Source: Mobula hypostoma (taxonomy: Eukaryota). Taken from it: a stretch of DNA of 64,000 nucleotides. The DNA is taken from positions 209,252,001 through 209,316,000 of the forward strand of contig NC_086097.1 of the NCBI RefSeq assembly GCF_963921235.1. The letters are read 5' to 3'. The first letter of the stretch is position 1, and every line of letters begins with the position of its first letter. A model generated the notes under the pieces. The model did no database searches and was not told where the DNA came from. It saw only the letters and a program-made list of their open reading frames with translations. Positions 13,561-26,169 of this stretch are shown in pieces. Both the position numbers and the translations under genes were made by a program.

Positions 13561-13862
13561 TAAGTATTTTTTAAAACTTAGTTTAATCCATTTCAACCAT
13601 TCTTAAATCTCTCTGTCATAACCTGGGGCAGGTCAATTGCTACTAAGATTGTGCTGGGAATGCAGTCTTGAGGCCTACTTGTCATTTAGAACTCTCTGCT
13701 TTATAGAAGAAATACATAAGTGGGAGCTTCCGCTAATGTCCCCCATCATGGTCTGTCCTATGGTGCTGCAATTAGAGTTGCTGTAAAATTAACAAAAGGG
13801 ACATATATGGGTAGCTTGTCAGATTGCTTCATAACTAATCTTGAATGTCATTACTAATGCAG

Positions 13863-13949
13863 CGACTAAGAAGAGTCAATTAAGAACTACAATTTTGGAC
13901 GACCATTCAGAACACGAACAAGAGAAGTCAAATGAAAACGAATCTACCG
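13863..13949 (+). CDS. RP1: Internal exon C (charged linker)
   Basis: taatgcag| ... G|gtaagt. 87 nt, phase 1-1, matches both neighbours: (T)TKKSQLRTTILDDHSEHEQEKSNENEST. Weak pyrimidine tract. Confidence 0.6.
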
Positions 13950-16900
13950 GTAAGTGTTACATAGCATATCAAATAATGGAAATTTGTATGACACTGCACA
14001 CAGTGTTGGTACTGACATGTGACTGTGAAAGTCAGATCTCAGACTCATCTTGTGCTGTTAGATTTGGTGAGATTTGAGTGTAAAATAGTTATTCCAATAA
14101 AAATATTGATGAATTTGGCCTGGTTCCCAAATCAATCAGCACTTTGCTCAGCCTTGGAATGAAGAAACTAGGTTGTAACTCAATTATTGTATAATTATTC
14201 TTTCTGGCTCCACAACCACATAATTTTGAAAAAAAAGTGGGGAGCGTCATTTCTTGAGCAGGTTTGAGTGATTCCTTCACGGTTCTTTGATTGGAGTGAC
14301 TGAACTCCAAGATTCAAAATGTCTTGTCTGATTTCTGTTCTTCATTCTTGACAGTTATCTGAATCAGAAATTACTTTGTTTACTCATGATTATACATTCT
14401 GAAGTGGCTAATGAAGCCTATATGGGGACCACAAAATCTTCCACAGATGGGCAGGGGTAGGTAGATAGATGGCTTGTGAGGTGATGCACTTCTGCTGTTT
14501 CTAAAGGGCGTGTACATGCTCCCAATGAATACCCTCAAGGTTTACAATATTGCCCTTTCTCTACCAGGAGCATTGAGGAGACAGAAATTGCCAGGAGTAA
14601 TTTAGGATATTTTATTTCTTCAAGGAGACTTTGAGTGCATCCTTGACTCTTCTCCTTTGTTCATCTGTATGATATAGAGGCGTTGTATGGTTTCTACATC
14701 TTTTGGAAAAAGAAACTGATGCTGCTGCAGTAGCAGGTGCATGTGTTTTATCAAGTGTTCCCAATTTTTCACACAAAGTCCCAAAATGTGAAAATATATG
14801 TCCAGTGTGTAATAATATATATTTACACAGATACACAATATAATATTTACACAGATCCACCAATATTCAATTCCTTCCTCACCCTAGTTCACAAACACCA
14901 ACCATAATTAGGCTCTATCTGCATCCACACCCTAGGATACACTGGGACTGGGGCCCATTTTAGACCTTTAGCAACCCCCCCCCATCAATTGTCCATGTTA
15001 TGTCCCTTCTGCACACTGCACATGTGCAGTTTTTCTCTAGGACCGGCCCAGAAGCTGTGCTTTACCAGGTTATCCCTGGAACTGCCAAATCACAAACAAA
15101 TGAATAGACAAACATATCAATGGAATACTCAACAAACATAAAATAAATAAACATTTATGTATTAATAAACTTAACAGCTAATCCCCGTAAGTTTTTGTCT
15201 GTGTTACTTCAAGGTTGTGAAATGATTGCAGTGCTGCCCAAGGCCAATGACAGAAACCTCTGTCACAATCTGGTAAATACTTCCTGTTAGAAGAGTGTTG
15301 ACCATGTACTGTCACCTAACGGGAGTGAGTCTTCTGGCGAGCTGTCCAATTTCATTGTGCTCTCGACTTCCAAAGAACATCCACAATCTCAAAGATTCAC
15401 AAATCCCCAAACATACTAGAGCATCCTGTGAGTTCATAACAATCTAAGCTGAGGCAGGAACTTGATCAAATCTTATTCCCAAAAGTGGTGTCCATTACAC
15501 ATTCAATCTTTCAGATGGGACCTGGCCTGAGAGTGAATGTTCTTTCAGGTGGATAGATATGGCACTAGATCAAAGTAGTGCAGGTAACCACAGAAATATT
15601 TAATTTGCTGTAAGTACTTTGCAGACTCGAAAATGCAAAACCTGCTACATAAACAAAAAAACTCTTACTTTTATTTTGAATAGACAATGACTGATAAATC
15701 ATAGATTTTTTTTAGAAGTGTAACATGCTTTGGTAGAACATTTCCCAGTCACATGAGTACTTACACTAGTGGCTTTATGGCTTGCTTGAGGATCACTGAG
15801 TCTTTGAGAATGCGAATGTATTTTGGAAATTACAACGTTAACCTGATCCCAGAAGGCTAACTGCCACATTAGGCACCAGTTCTCTTCCCAATATGAAATA
15901 GACAAGGATATTTTGAGACCAAGAGCTCAGTCCATCAGCCACACTCTTTAGGCTACTATTTGTGCTTTGGATGAGTAGATTATGTCTGAGTTTTGTTTAA
16001 TAACATCCACCATGGAAGATTTGCAGGATTATTTGGAGCTTTCATTTAAAGTTAGTTTAATGTCGTCAATGTTAAAGAGAAGTTTGGAAAGGTACATGGA
16101 TAGAAGGGATATGGACGGCTATGGTCCTGGTGCAATTCTTTGGGAATAGGCAGCTTAAATGGTTTTTGGCATAGACTAGTTGAGCCGAAGGGCCTGTTTC
16201 TGTGCTGTGCTTCTCTATGACTCTATAATTCAGCAGACTGGCTTCCCAGAGCCTTTGGTGTCCCCGATATCATTCCCTGTTTTAGGGGAATTGAGTCCAA
16301 AGAAATAGACCTTTTTCCTTGAAATAAATAATGCCAGACTTCAAGCTAATGAAATTGGGGTTCACTTATGCCTTGGTCTGAAATAATTGTTTGAACTGAA
16401 ACAAAAAATTGCATTCTACTGTATGTAGAAGCTTTTGACAGAGATTCTTCAAACATTGGATCTTAACAACAGTCAGAAGATGAGATACACTGCAATAGTA
16501 TAGATGCCTCCCTGTGATATTTTAATGATCAAATGTAATTGTGATACCAGAAAGTCCAGCAAGATCAAGAGCAGAGGTTTCTCAAAGATCTCACCACAGG
16601 GCTATACTGTTAGATATTTGGGTTTGATGTACAAGCACATGCATGCTGAAATAAAAATAATCATCTAGGTAATGAGCCTTCACAATGAAAAGGGCATTTT
16701 AATTATTATTGAAGTGGAGCCCTGGAATGATGCATTCATAACTGGCTCATAACTATTAACACTGAATCATTATTAATGCAGTGAAAAATAAAATCCTTTG
16801 GAGTGTTCAAGTTTGATAGCAATTTCAGACACAGTCAGGAAAAGCCAAATAAAAATAAACTGCTCACTAGAAAGTGTATCTTGAACAGAAAATAATGGAG

Positions 16901-17099
16901 ATGCTGAACGTTAGTAGATTTAAACAAATCGATACAAATATCCAAATTCTTTTTCACTATTTTTAGACAGAGTGAAAAATTAGAATCTTTACCACAGGAG
17001 TTGGCATAAGCAGGGTGGATAAATCGAAAACCCATTATTCAGGTGGCCAGGGTTGGGTCTGGACTCCAACTGGTGAGCTCTGGTATCAAATGTAAATTT

Positions 17100-18820
17100 T
17101 AGACTATAAGACCATAAGCCAGAGGAGCAGAGGTAGGCCATTCGGCCCAGCAAGTCCACCATTTTATCATGGCTGATCCATTTCCCTTTCAGCCCCAGTC
17201 TCCTGCCTTCCCCCAATTTCCCTTCATGCCCTGACTAATCAAGAAACTATCAACCTCTGCCTTAAGTATACCCAGTGACCTGCTGTCTACACCCACCTGT
17301 GACAAGAATTCCACAGATGCATCACTCTCTGGCTAAAGAATTTCCTCCTCATCCCCGTACTAAATGGATGTTCCTCTATTCTGAGGCAGTGTCCTCTGGT
17401 CTTAGACTCTCCCACCAAAGGAAACATCCTCTCTACATCCACTCTCTTGAGGCCTTTCACCATTTGATAGGTTTCAATGACATTCCCCCTCATTCTTCTG
17501 AATTCTAGTGAGTACAGGCCCGGAGTCATTAAACACTTCTCATATGATAAGCTTTTCAATTCCGAAATTGCGAGGATGTTGCCTGGATTAGGGAGCATGC
17601 CTTATGAGAATAGGGCGAGCGAACTCGGCTTTTCTCCTTGGAGCGACGGAAGATGAGAGGTGCCCTGATTGATGTGTACAAGATAATGAGAGGCATTGAC
17701 TGTGTGGATAGTCAGAGGCTTTTCCCCAGGGCTGAAATGGCTAGCATGAGAAAGCATAGTTTTAAGGTGCGTGGAAGGAGGTACAGAGAAAATGTCAGGG
17801 GTAAGTTTTTTACGCAGAGAGTGGTGAGTGTGTGGAATGGGCTGCCAGTGGCGGTGGTGGAGGTGGAAACGATAGGGTCTTTTAAGAGATTCCTGGATGG
17901 GTACATGGAGCTTAGAAAAATAGAAGGCTATGGGTAAAGCCTTGGTAGTTCTAAGGTAGGGACATGTTCAGCTCAGCTTTGAGGGCTGAAGGACTTGTAT
18001 TGTGCTGTATATTTTCTATGTTTCTATGAAATCATTTTTGTAAATCTTCTTAAACCTTTTCCAATGTCAGCACATCCTTTCTTAGATAAGGGGCCCAAAA
18101 CTGCTCACAATACTTCAAGTGAGGCCTCGCCAGTGCTTTATAAAGTCTTAACATTGCATTGTTGCTTTTCGTATTTTAGTCCTCTCGAAATAAATGCTAA
18201 ATCGCATTTACGTTCCTCACCACAGAATCAACCTGTAAATTAGCCTTTAGGGAATCCTGCATGAGGACTGCAGAGTCCATTTGCACCTCAGAGTTTTGAA
18301 TTTTCTCTCCATTTAGAAAATATCTAGGCTTTTATTTCTTCTCCCAAAGTGCTTGACCGTGAACTTCCCGACACTGTGTTCCATCTGCCACTTATTTGCA
18401 CCTTCTCCTGATCTGTTTAAGTCCTTCTGTAGCTTCTTTGCCTCCTCAAAACTACCTACTCCTCTACTTAACTCCATATTGTCTGTAAACATGGCCACCA
18501 GGCCATCCATTCCTCATATAATATAATGTAAAAAGAAGCAGCAGCCAAGCAGAAAAGGCTCCCTTTATTCCCACTCTTTGCCTCCTGCCAATCAGCCACT
18601 GGTTTCACCATGCTAGTATCTTTCTTGTAATACCTTGGGCTCTTAACTTATTATGCAACCTCATGTGTGGCACCTTGTCAAAGGCCTTCATACAACATCC
18701 ACTGATTTTCCTTTGTCCTGTTTGTTATTTCTTCAAAGAGTTCCAACTGATTTGTCAGGCAAGATTTTCCATTAAGGAAACCATGCTGACTATGGCTATT
18801 TTATTCTGCCTCTCTCCCTT
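17100..18820 (-). mobile_element. CR1 LINE (host of a nested CR1)
   Basis: LYSLEFRRMRGNVIETY, TRGHCLRI, FFSQRV, F.D....L.....W; (ataagacc)n tail at ~17105. Confidence 0.85.
17570..18027 (+). mobile_element. CR1 3' fragment inserted in opposite orientation into another CR1
   Basis: Clean ORF ERRKMRGALIDVYKIMRGID...FFTQRVVSVWNGLP; (ttctatg) tail; gaaat on both sides. Confidence 0.85.
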
Positions 18821-19229
18821 CTTGATGAGTGGAGACTAATTTTGATTAAAGCTTGAAAAAATTTTTTTACTCACAAACCTAAGCCAGAACTTTTGAAAGT
18901 TGCAGAATGGATATTTGTAGGATTATTCCTTCTGACTTAAGGGAATTATAGAACTTAATAAAGCTATGTGATTATTTGTGACTTGAAGCTGTTGGTGATC
19001 ATGGTGATGTCCATATACAAACCTGGAAAACCCATCTGGAGTTTCAACAGTGCAGAGCCTACCAAATGGTAATCGAACATTGCATTGAGATTCTGATGCA
19101 ACTGGTATAAAACCCCAAACTAGCCAATAAAATCATTTTTATATCTGTTTCAAATGGATAGATTGATTACCCATTTATAGAACTATTTAAATTAGATGTA
19201 TTTTTCGATTCTGTGATTTGACTCAGATA

Positions 19230-19746
19230 CACTCAGCGGCCCTGTACACCTGCTTGTTCATGCAAATGTGTAATCAGACAATCATGTGGCAGAAACACAA
19301 TTAATGAAAGTAAGCCAAGAGGTTTAGTTGCTGTTAAGCCCCAACCGCAGAAGGGAGGGAGGAAATATGATCTAAGTGACCTTGACTGTGGAATGATTGT
19401 TGGTACAAGATGGAGTGGTGTCAGTTTCTGAGAAACTGCTGATCTCCTGGGATTTTCACACACAATAGTCTTTCGAGTTTACAGAGAATGGGATGAAAAA
19501 CAATAATTCCAGTGAGCAGCAGTTCTGTGGGCGAAAACACCTTTTTAATGGGAGAAGTCAGAAGAGAATGGCCATACTGGTTTAAACTGAGAGGAAGGCA
19601 ACTCAACTAATCACACACTACAACAGTGGTGTGCATAACAGCATTTCTGAACACACAACACGTCGAACCTTGGGGTGGCCGGGCTACAATGGAGGAAGAC
19701 TACCAAGGGGGTACAAGGGGGTACTTAATAAAGTGGCCACTGAGTG
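19230..19746 (+). mobile_element. Tc1/mariner non-autonomous element
   Basis: Ends cactcagcggcc / ggccactgagtg are inverted, with TA on the left. Interior decays from a Tc1 DNA-binding domain (DLSD.D.GMIVG, SETADLLGFS). Confidence 0.8.
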
Positions 19747-21149
19747 CAGCCAACTTGGAAAAAAAAACACACACACACAAATATCTGGTGGATAACATCA
19801 AGCATAATGGAAAGTGAGAATGCATAACTAGGAATTAGAACCTCCAACCACTCTAAGCAGGGATATACAGAGCACCAGGTATGGTTGTGAGTTTGCAATC
19901 TTAGAGATGAAATCTCCTTGCTATTTTTTGATAACTAAACACTGTTGTGCAATTAAAACTGACCTGGACACCAAAATCTTATTTGCATGGAATTTTGTAA
20001 GACCTGCAAAGACATACTTAATGTTCAAAGTTGTGTACACAAATATACCTTAATGGGAAGGCCTAACGTTAGTAAACCCACTTACACATTAGAACTCGAG
20101 TGTTGCTGATCACACCTGGCCTGATCCAGAAATGAAACAGCATGGAATGTGGATTTGGCTGATAAGTAGAGTAGTTGGGGTGATGTTTGACTACTGGAGA
20201 TCGGAATGACATGTGGGATGAGGAGGAGATGGCTCATCATTGATTCAGGTGGTAATCAGTGGTTGCTAAGTTTTCAAAGATTGACAAAGGTGTTAAGTAT
20301 TGGGGATTCAGGCCAGATCATGATCAGTGGATGCGGAGGTGGATGGAGCAGCCTGATGAAGAATTTGGGGAGAAAACGATGTAATAGTAGTCCACCTGAG
20401 TCAGTTTCTGTCTGGAACCTGCTTGGAGAAATCACCTTTCGGTTCCATTGAGGTGGGAAAATTGAAAGCCTGCTTTCATGTGAAGGATCTCGAAATTGGT
20501 TGGGCCACCTATAATGTCAAAGGTGTAATTCAGGCATTGGGTACAAATCCTTAGATCCTTCCCATGTACGTGTCCACTGTGTGTACTCATGAGATGTTCA
20601 GATGATCTTGGAATGACGATTATTAACTACTTGATCTATGTGGTAAGTCCCTCATTTTCATTAATGAATTGTTTATTAGAATTTTATTATGTGGTGCAAA
20701 AATATCTGCAGTGTTAAATGATCCAATGTCCGTGCCAATTATCTTTTCTGAAGATTCACCAAACTGCTTATTAACCATAATGCCTGATTCATCTAATGCA
20801 CCTTCTGAATTACAGTTCAGGTGCCTGAGCATGAACATCTGGGTTAATATTTCTTTGTAGTTCGAAAGGAGATCTGGACTGTCATTGGTGTAACTCGTAG
20901 CTGCCACTTAAGTCAACATTGTCTTTTCTTTTTAGTAATCCAAATATCTCATGGCACTATTTTGTAGAAAAACAAGGAAACAATCTCAATAATTTCCCTT
21001 TTCTTCAAATTACTAGAACAGATTATCTTCTCTATATTTGACTGATGTTTGTAGGGACCTCCTGTTTTTGCATTTGGTTACTAGATCCACTACATCACAC
21101 TACACTTATGTAACAGTGGATTTTCAGAATGCCCCAAATTCCAAGTCCA

Positions 21150-21630
21150 GTCCATCATCTATAAACCCTTCTCCACCTTTGAGCACATTTAGAAGGAACA
21201 GTGCCACAGGAAAGCAGCATCAATCATCAAGGGCACCCACCATCCAGGCCATGCACTCTTCTCACTGTTACCATTGTGCAGGAGGTACAGGGACTTTAGG
21301 TCCCTCAGCACTAGCTTTAGGAATAGTTATTACCCTACAACCACTAAGCCCTTGAATGAGCATTGATAGCTTCAATCACCTCAGCTCTGAACTGATTTCA
21401 AAACCTACAACCCCACTTTCAAGAATTCTCAAACTCATTATTATTTATTTATAATTGCATGTTTTGTTTTCTTTTCACATTGGTTGTTTGTCAGTCTTTA
21501 TTTATATATAGTTTCATAAATTCTATTATATTCTTCATTTTTCTGTAGTGCCTGCAAGAAAATGAATCCCATGATTATTATATAGTGATATATGCATACA
21601 TACTTTGATTAATAAATTTACATTGACTTT
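21150..21630 (+). mobile_element. Rex1/Babar 3' fragment
   Basis: KAASIIK....HPGHALFSLLP-type remnant, AT-rich 3' UTR, (actttg) tail. Confidence 0.7.
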
Positions 21631-22100
21631 GTCATACTTTGCTTTCTTAACAATTTTCCACAGAGCTTTTTAGTATCCCAAAACATATCTCCCCTTTTGA
21701 AAGTAAGTGTGGTTAAGGAAAAAAAACTATTTGATGGAAATAAGTCTTACTGACTGAGTGGAAATCTCTCCTTGTGTCCTGGCTTGAAATATAAATCAAG
21801 ATTAAACAAAAATATTATGTTTACTCCAATCATTTAGGAAGCTATATGGAATCTTTTGTACATTGTTGACACCTCTTCCCAGTCAACTAATGGCAAGTAC
21901 ATGAACTGCAGCACAGTAGATTTCAGTCATCAAATCTCAGCTTTACTCCAGTCAGTCCTGTGGTATCAGGAGTAGAGAATTCAGCTGTGTCAGTCCCAAC
22001 ACTTACTGAAAAAAGCTATTGGATATTTGGTGTCTGGATGTGTGAATATAGGCATACCTGTGTGTCAATAAAAGGTCATTATTAGAGCATTGCATCTTAA

Positions 22101-23319
22101 TGTCATGGTCCAGTCTGTGAAGTCCATATTCTGGTTCACGGTCCGGTCCATCGACCCTTGTTCCAGGTTTTCCTGTCACCCTGCTTCTGTTCTTGTTGAG
22201 CTCTAATTGAGGCAGCTGATGCTCATTGGGACTGGCTGCTTAAATACCTTCAGAGACCAGAGCGCGGCTGCTGGATTGTTCTTGTCCTTACTCCTTGTAT
22301 CCCTTCCTCTGCCTTCTGTTTCCTCGCCTGAAGCCCTGCCTTGTCTTACTGGTAACTCTCACCTTGCATGAAGTTCTCATCTCACCTTGCTTTGTCAGGA
22401 GTCTTGCCTTGTCTTGCCGGTAACTCTCGCCTCACCTGAAGTTCTTGTCTCGCCTTGCATTGTCTGAAGCCTTGCCTTGTCTTGCTGGTAACTCTCGACT
22501 CGTCTCACCTACAGTCTTGTCCTGGAGCCACCCTGTACCTATCTCCCTTCCTGTCCCTTGCCTCCGCCCAGGTAAGCCAGGCCGTCTTGCCGTTACCTGT
22601 GGTTGGTTCTGTCCCTTCCTGTCCCATGCCTCCGTCGGGTGGTAATCCGCGCCCTGCCCGGGAGGAGCCTGCCGAGCCTCAAGCCTGAAGACTCCAGCCT
22701 CCTGCCTAGCCCCAAGACTGAAGACTCCAGCCTCCTGCCTAACCTCCTGAAGACTCCAGCCTCCTGCCTAGCCTAAAGCCTGAAGACTCCAGCCTCCTGC
22801 CTAGCCTCAAGCCTGAAAACTCCAGCCTCCTGCCTAACCTCAAACCTGAAGACTCCAGCCTCCTGCCTAGCCTCAAGCCTGAAGACTCCAGCCTCCTGCC
22901 TAGCCTCAAGCCTGAAGACGCCAGCCTCCTGCCTAGCCTTAAGCCTGAAGACTCCAGCCTCCTGCCTCCTGCCAAGCCTTGCCTCGAGTCTCTAGCCTCT
23001 AGCCTCAAGCCTGAAGACTCCAGCCTCCTGCCTCCTGCCAAGCTTCGCCTCTAGTCTCTAGCCTCAAGCTTGAAGACTCCAGCCTCGTCCTTGCCTAGTT
23101 CTGGGGTCCGAGCCAGAGGCAAGACCCAGGTACTGGGCCCTTGTCCAGTCTCTGGCTCGGAGTCCAAGCCCGGGCTCCTAGCTCTCTTGTCCAGTCCTGT
23201 TCCGGGTTTCCGGTTTTTGTGTCTATGTCCTTGCTCTCACCCTGATCCTAGTCCTGTCCCTAGTCCTTCAGTGTCTGTGTCTTGCACTTGGGTCCGTTCA
23301 CAGCCACCTCCTTATGACA
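22101..23319 (+). mobile_element. Solo-LTR-like element with internal minisatellites
   Basis: Starts TGTCATG and ends TATGACA (inverted TG...CA termini). TATA-like cttaaata near 22240. A related end occurs inverted at 37870-38261. No TSD seen. Confidence 0.65.
22678..23087. repeat. 33-bp minisatellite, about 11 copies
   Basis: Unit aagcctgaagactccagcctcctgcctagcctc in tandem; units 9-10 are lengthened. Confidence 0.95.
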
Positions 23320-24175
23320 CAATGTAAAATACAAAGAACATTTTAGTCTTTATTGAAGCATAATGATGGAACTTATTAATTAATGGTTCATAGGTAATTA
23401 ATTTTTGGATTTCATTACTAATTCAGTGAAAAGGTATATTCTGAAAAGTACAAATTTAACAGTCCTTTCAGAACATAGACAAGAAAAGCCATGTAGATCT
23501 GAATCTCTCAGAAGTGAGTATCACATAAATGCGTTGGAGAAGCCACCCTGCTCAGTGCATTTACATGGCTCACTACATGATGTAAGTTTTCTTTCCTATT
23601 TTCATTCAGATTCAGTCATTTAAAATGCAACCATGCATCCCTTGGCCAAAATGGGATGGAACTTGGAAAACCAAATTCTGTAAGATTGGCAAATACAAAA
23701 TGGACAAAATAAATTTGTATTTAAACAGAAAATGGAAATCCTGCTGAAGATGAAAAGGTGACTATCCCAGTGGACACTAAGATAAAAGTGTGGAAATCTG
23801 TGTGTCTCCTTAGGTTTCTCATCAGTTTCCATAAGGCTTTTATCAAGCCAAATATGGTGAACATGGTCATGACGCTCACGACTAATGGAATTAGGACACA
23901 ACTGGAGACCTGCCCTAACCTGACTGAAAACATTATGTCCGAAAGTTTTTTTTGTTTTCTTTGGCTCTTTTGGGGACCTAGCTATATAGAATTTATGTAG
24001 AAACCGATGATGAGATTCTTGCCACTTTTAACTTAATGAACTCAAAATCTCAAGATCTAGTTTGTTCATCTCATTGATACTTTAATAAAAAAATTACATT
24101 CTGAATTAAGCAGGTTCTGACTCAAGGGTTTCCGCTAGGTCAAACAGCACTTACTGATAATTTTTATGTTTAAAC

Positions 24176-24185
24176 TCACACACAT

Positions 24186-24262
<77 letters not shown>
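24176..24262. repeat. Compound (CA)n(TA)n microsatellite
   Basis: Directly visible. Confidence 0.97.
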
Positions 24263-24263
<1 letters not shown>

Positions 24264-24325
24264 GCCAAAAACTAAGATAATAAGTTTTTATATAAAATTG
24301 AAAGCATGTTTTAAATATGCTTGTG

Positions 24326-24636
24326 TTGGCACATGGCCAAATGGTTTAGGTGTTGATCTAGTGATCTGAAGGTCACTAGTTTGAGCCTCAGCTGAGGCAG
24401 CATGTTATGCCCTTGAGCAAGGCACTTAACCAGACATTGCTCTGCGACGACACCGGTGCCAAGCTGTATCGGCCCTAATTGCCCTTCTCTTGGACAATAT
24501 CGGTGCGGTGGCGTGGAGAGGGGAGACTTGCAGCATGGGCAACTGCTGGTCTTCCATACAACGTTGCCCAGGCCTGTGACCTGGAAACCTTCCGAGGTGC
24601 AAATCCATGGTCTCACAAGACTAATGGATGCCTATT
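24326..24636 (+). mobile_element. tRNA-derived SINE with CORE-like central domain
   Basis: A-box-like tggccaaatgg, B-box-like gtttgagcc, then gcccttgagcaaggcacttaacc, then a LINE-like tail. Confidence 0.65.
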
Positions 24637-25649
24637 TTAATTATTATCATAATAAGGCTTTGGAATTATACATTAGTAACTGGATTAGTTAAGAAAATAA
24701 CCCTGAATTATTACTGATATAGTGGGAAGAACGGGTCTTTTGAAAAGCACAAGTTTGACAACCCTTTCACAACATAAACAGGAAAGGTCAAGTGAAGACA
24801 AACCTCTAATTGGTAAGTATCATGCAAAACAGACATTAAGACCATGCATAATTGGTACTGAATTGTCCTGATACTGAACTTCTAGCACTTACACCTAAAG
24901 GTGATCAAAGGAAACACTGTAATCATAATATTTGGTATTTACATCAATTAAAATTTGCTAACTTTTAAGATTTGTCTATGTCATAATTATTTTCAATAAA
25001 AGGTTTGTAGAATATGTTAATAGTAAAGCAAGAAATTAAATTTTTACTTTAAGCTAAATTACGCACAATTCCAATGATCACACACCCTAAAGTTATCTCC
25101 CTCTTATATGAATGGTCCTCGATCATTTCTTCAATAAGGGAAACTCTGTATTATTGCTGAGAGAAGATGGTGGATCAAGAACATCTATTGACTCCATACT
25201 AAGAGAACTTTGATGATCCCTTCAACATCTTCCAATTTCTGGATAATAAAAATACTATCCAAAACCAAAGTATTTGTACCTGAGATTTTTAATTTTGATG
25301 GATACCTCATTGAGAATGCGCTGAAATCTTTTAGTTGTAAAGTGAAAGGACCTTTTGATGCAAAAATAATATGTTCCAAACTGAATTAATGTTGAACTGC
25401 AGAAAACTCCACTGTTACTTGTCCTTGGTGGCATTTCACAACAGACATAACACTGAGATAATATAATGAATCCATAGCTGATTTCTTGCATTTTCTACTA
25501 TTTCCATAATGTTCTCAATATGCACTATTTGATTACATTGGTAGATATGAACTATTTTGTTTAAACAATTATATTTCATGACAATATTTTTGTGTGAGTA
25601 ATCATAAATATTTCATAAATAGTTTTAATCTTAATGTTCTTTATGATAG

Positions 25650-25816
25650 GAATCTCTCCTGACGTGTGGAAAGTGGTGACAAAGACAGGTGATACTGGCA
25701 CAAAAGCTCATGTTTCCATGTGGGTGTGTGGTGACCAAGGTACATCAGAACCAATACATCTACAGAAAAGCAACAAGAGAAATACTTTTCAACCCAATCA
25801 GACTGATGAGTTTCAG
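25650..25816 (+). CDS. RP1: Internal exon D (PLAT domain 1, N-terminal part)
   Basis: tgatag| ... CAG|gtaata. Phase 1-0: (G)ISPDVWKVVTKTGDTGTKAHVSMWVCGDQGTSEPIHLQKSNKRNTFQPNQTDEFQ. Has PLAT hallmarks W-x-V-x-x-x-T-G, GTxAxV, F-x-x-x-Q-x-D-x-F. Confidence 0.88.
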
Positions 25817-25987
25817 GTAATATTGCACACTTTTTATTTTCCCTTTCTTGCTCAAACGTTGTTAGCTGTTAGAATAGTTGTTCAAATTGCTTTTAAAATT
25901 GTAATGATAAAAAAGTGCCACCTATGAGACACTCTTCCTTGTGGCTTATCACTTAAAAAATGCTAACTTATTTCTTTCTATCTTCAG

Positions 25988-26074
25988 ATCAATTTTAAAA
26001 ATGTAGGCCAGATATTTAAGATCCGCATTGTATATGATGCCACAAGCAAACATCCAGATTGGAAGTTGAAAAAG
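25988..26074 (+). CDS. RP1: Internal exon E (PLAT domain 1, middle)
   Basis: tttctatcttcag| ... AAG|gtactt. 87 nt, phase 0-0: INFKNVGQIFKIRIVYDATSKHPDWKLKK (PLAT GxIxKIRI..D...W pattern). Too short for the ORF track. Confidence 0.88.
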
Positions 26075-26169
26075 GTACTTATTCTGTAAACAATTAAGAT
26101 AAAATTGTCGATCCCTGACAATTAGAAATAGAATAACTTATAATGGAGAAGAAAGAAGTGTTCCAACAA

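Noticed and set aside
22678..23087. CRISPR-like array or repeat protein gene (100-aa ORF)
   Set aside because: Units are contiguous with no unique spacers, in a vertebrate intron. The ORF is a by-product of a stop-free 33-bp unit.
24326..24400. tRNA gene
   Set aside because: Degenerate A/B boxes, no clean cloverleaf, and it runs straight into a SINE body.
25634..25927. ORF-track calls at 25634, 46741, 49155 and 52620 as standalone small genes
   Set aside because: Each is an internal exon plus read-through into intron; splice sites define the real boundaries.
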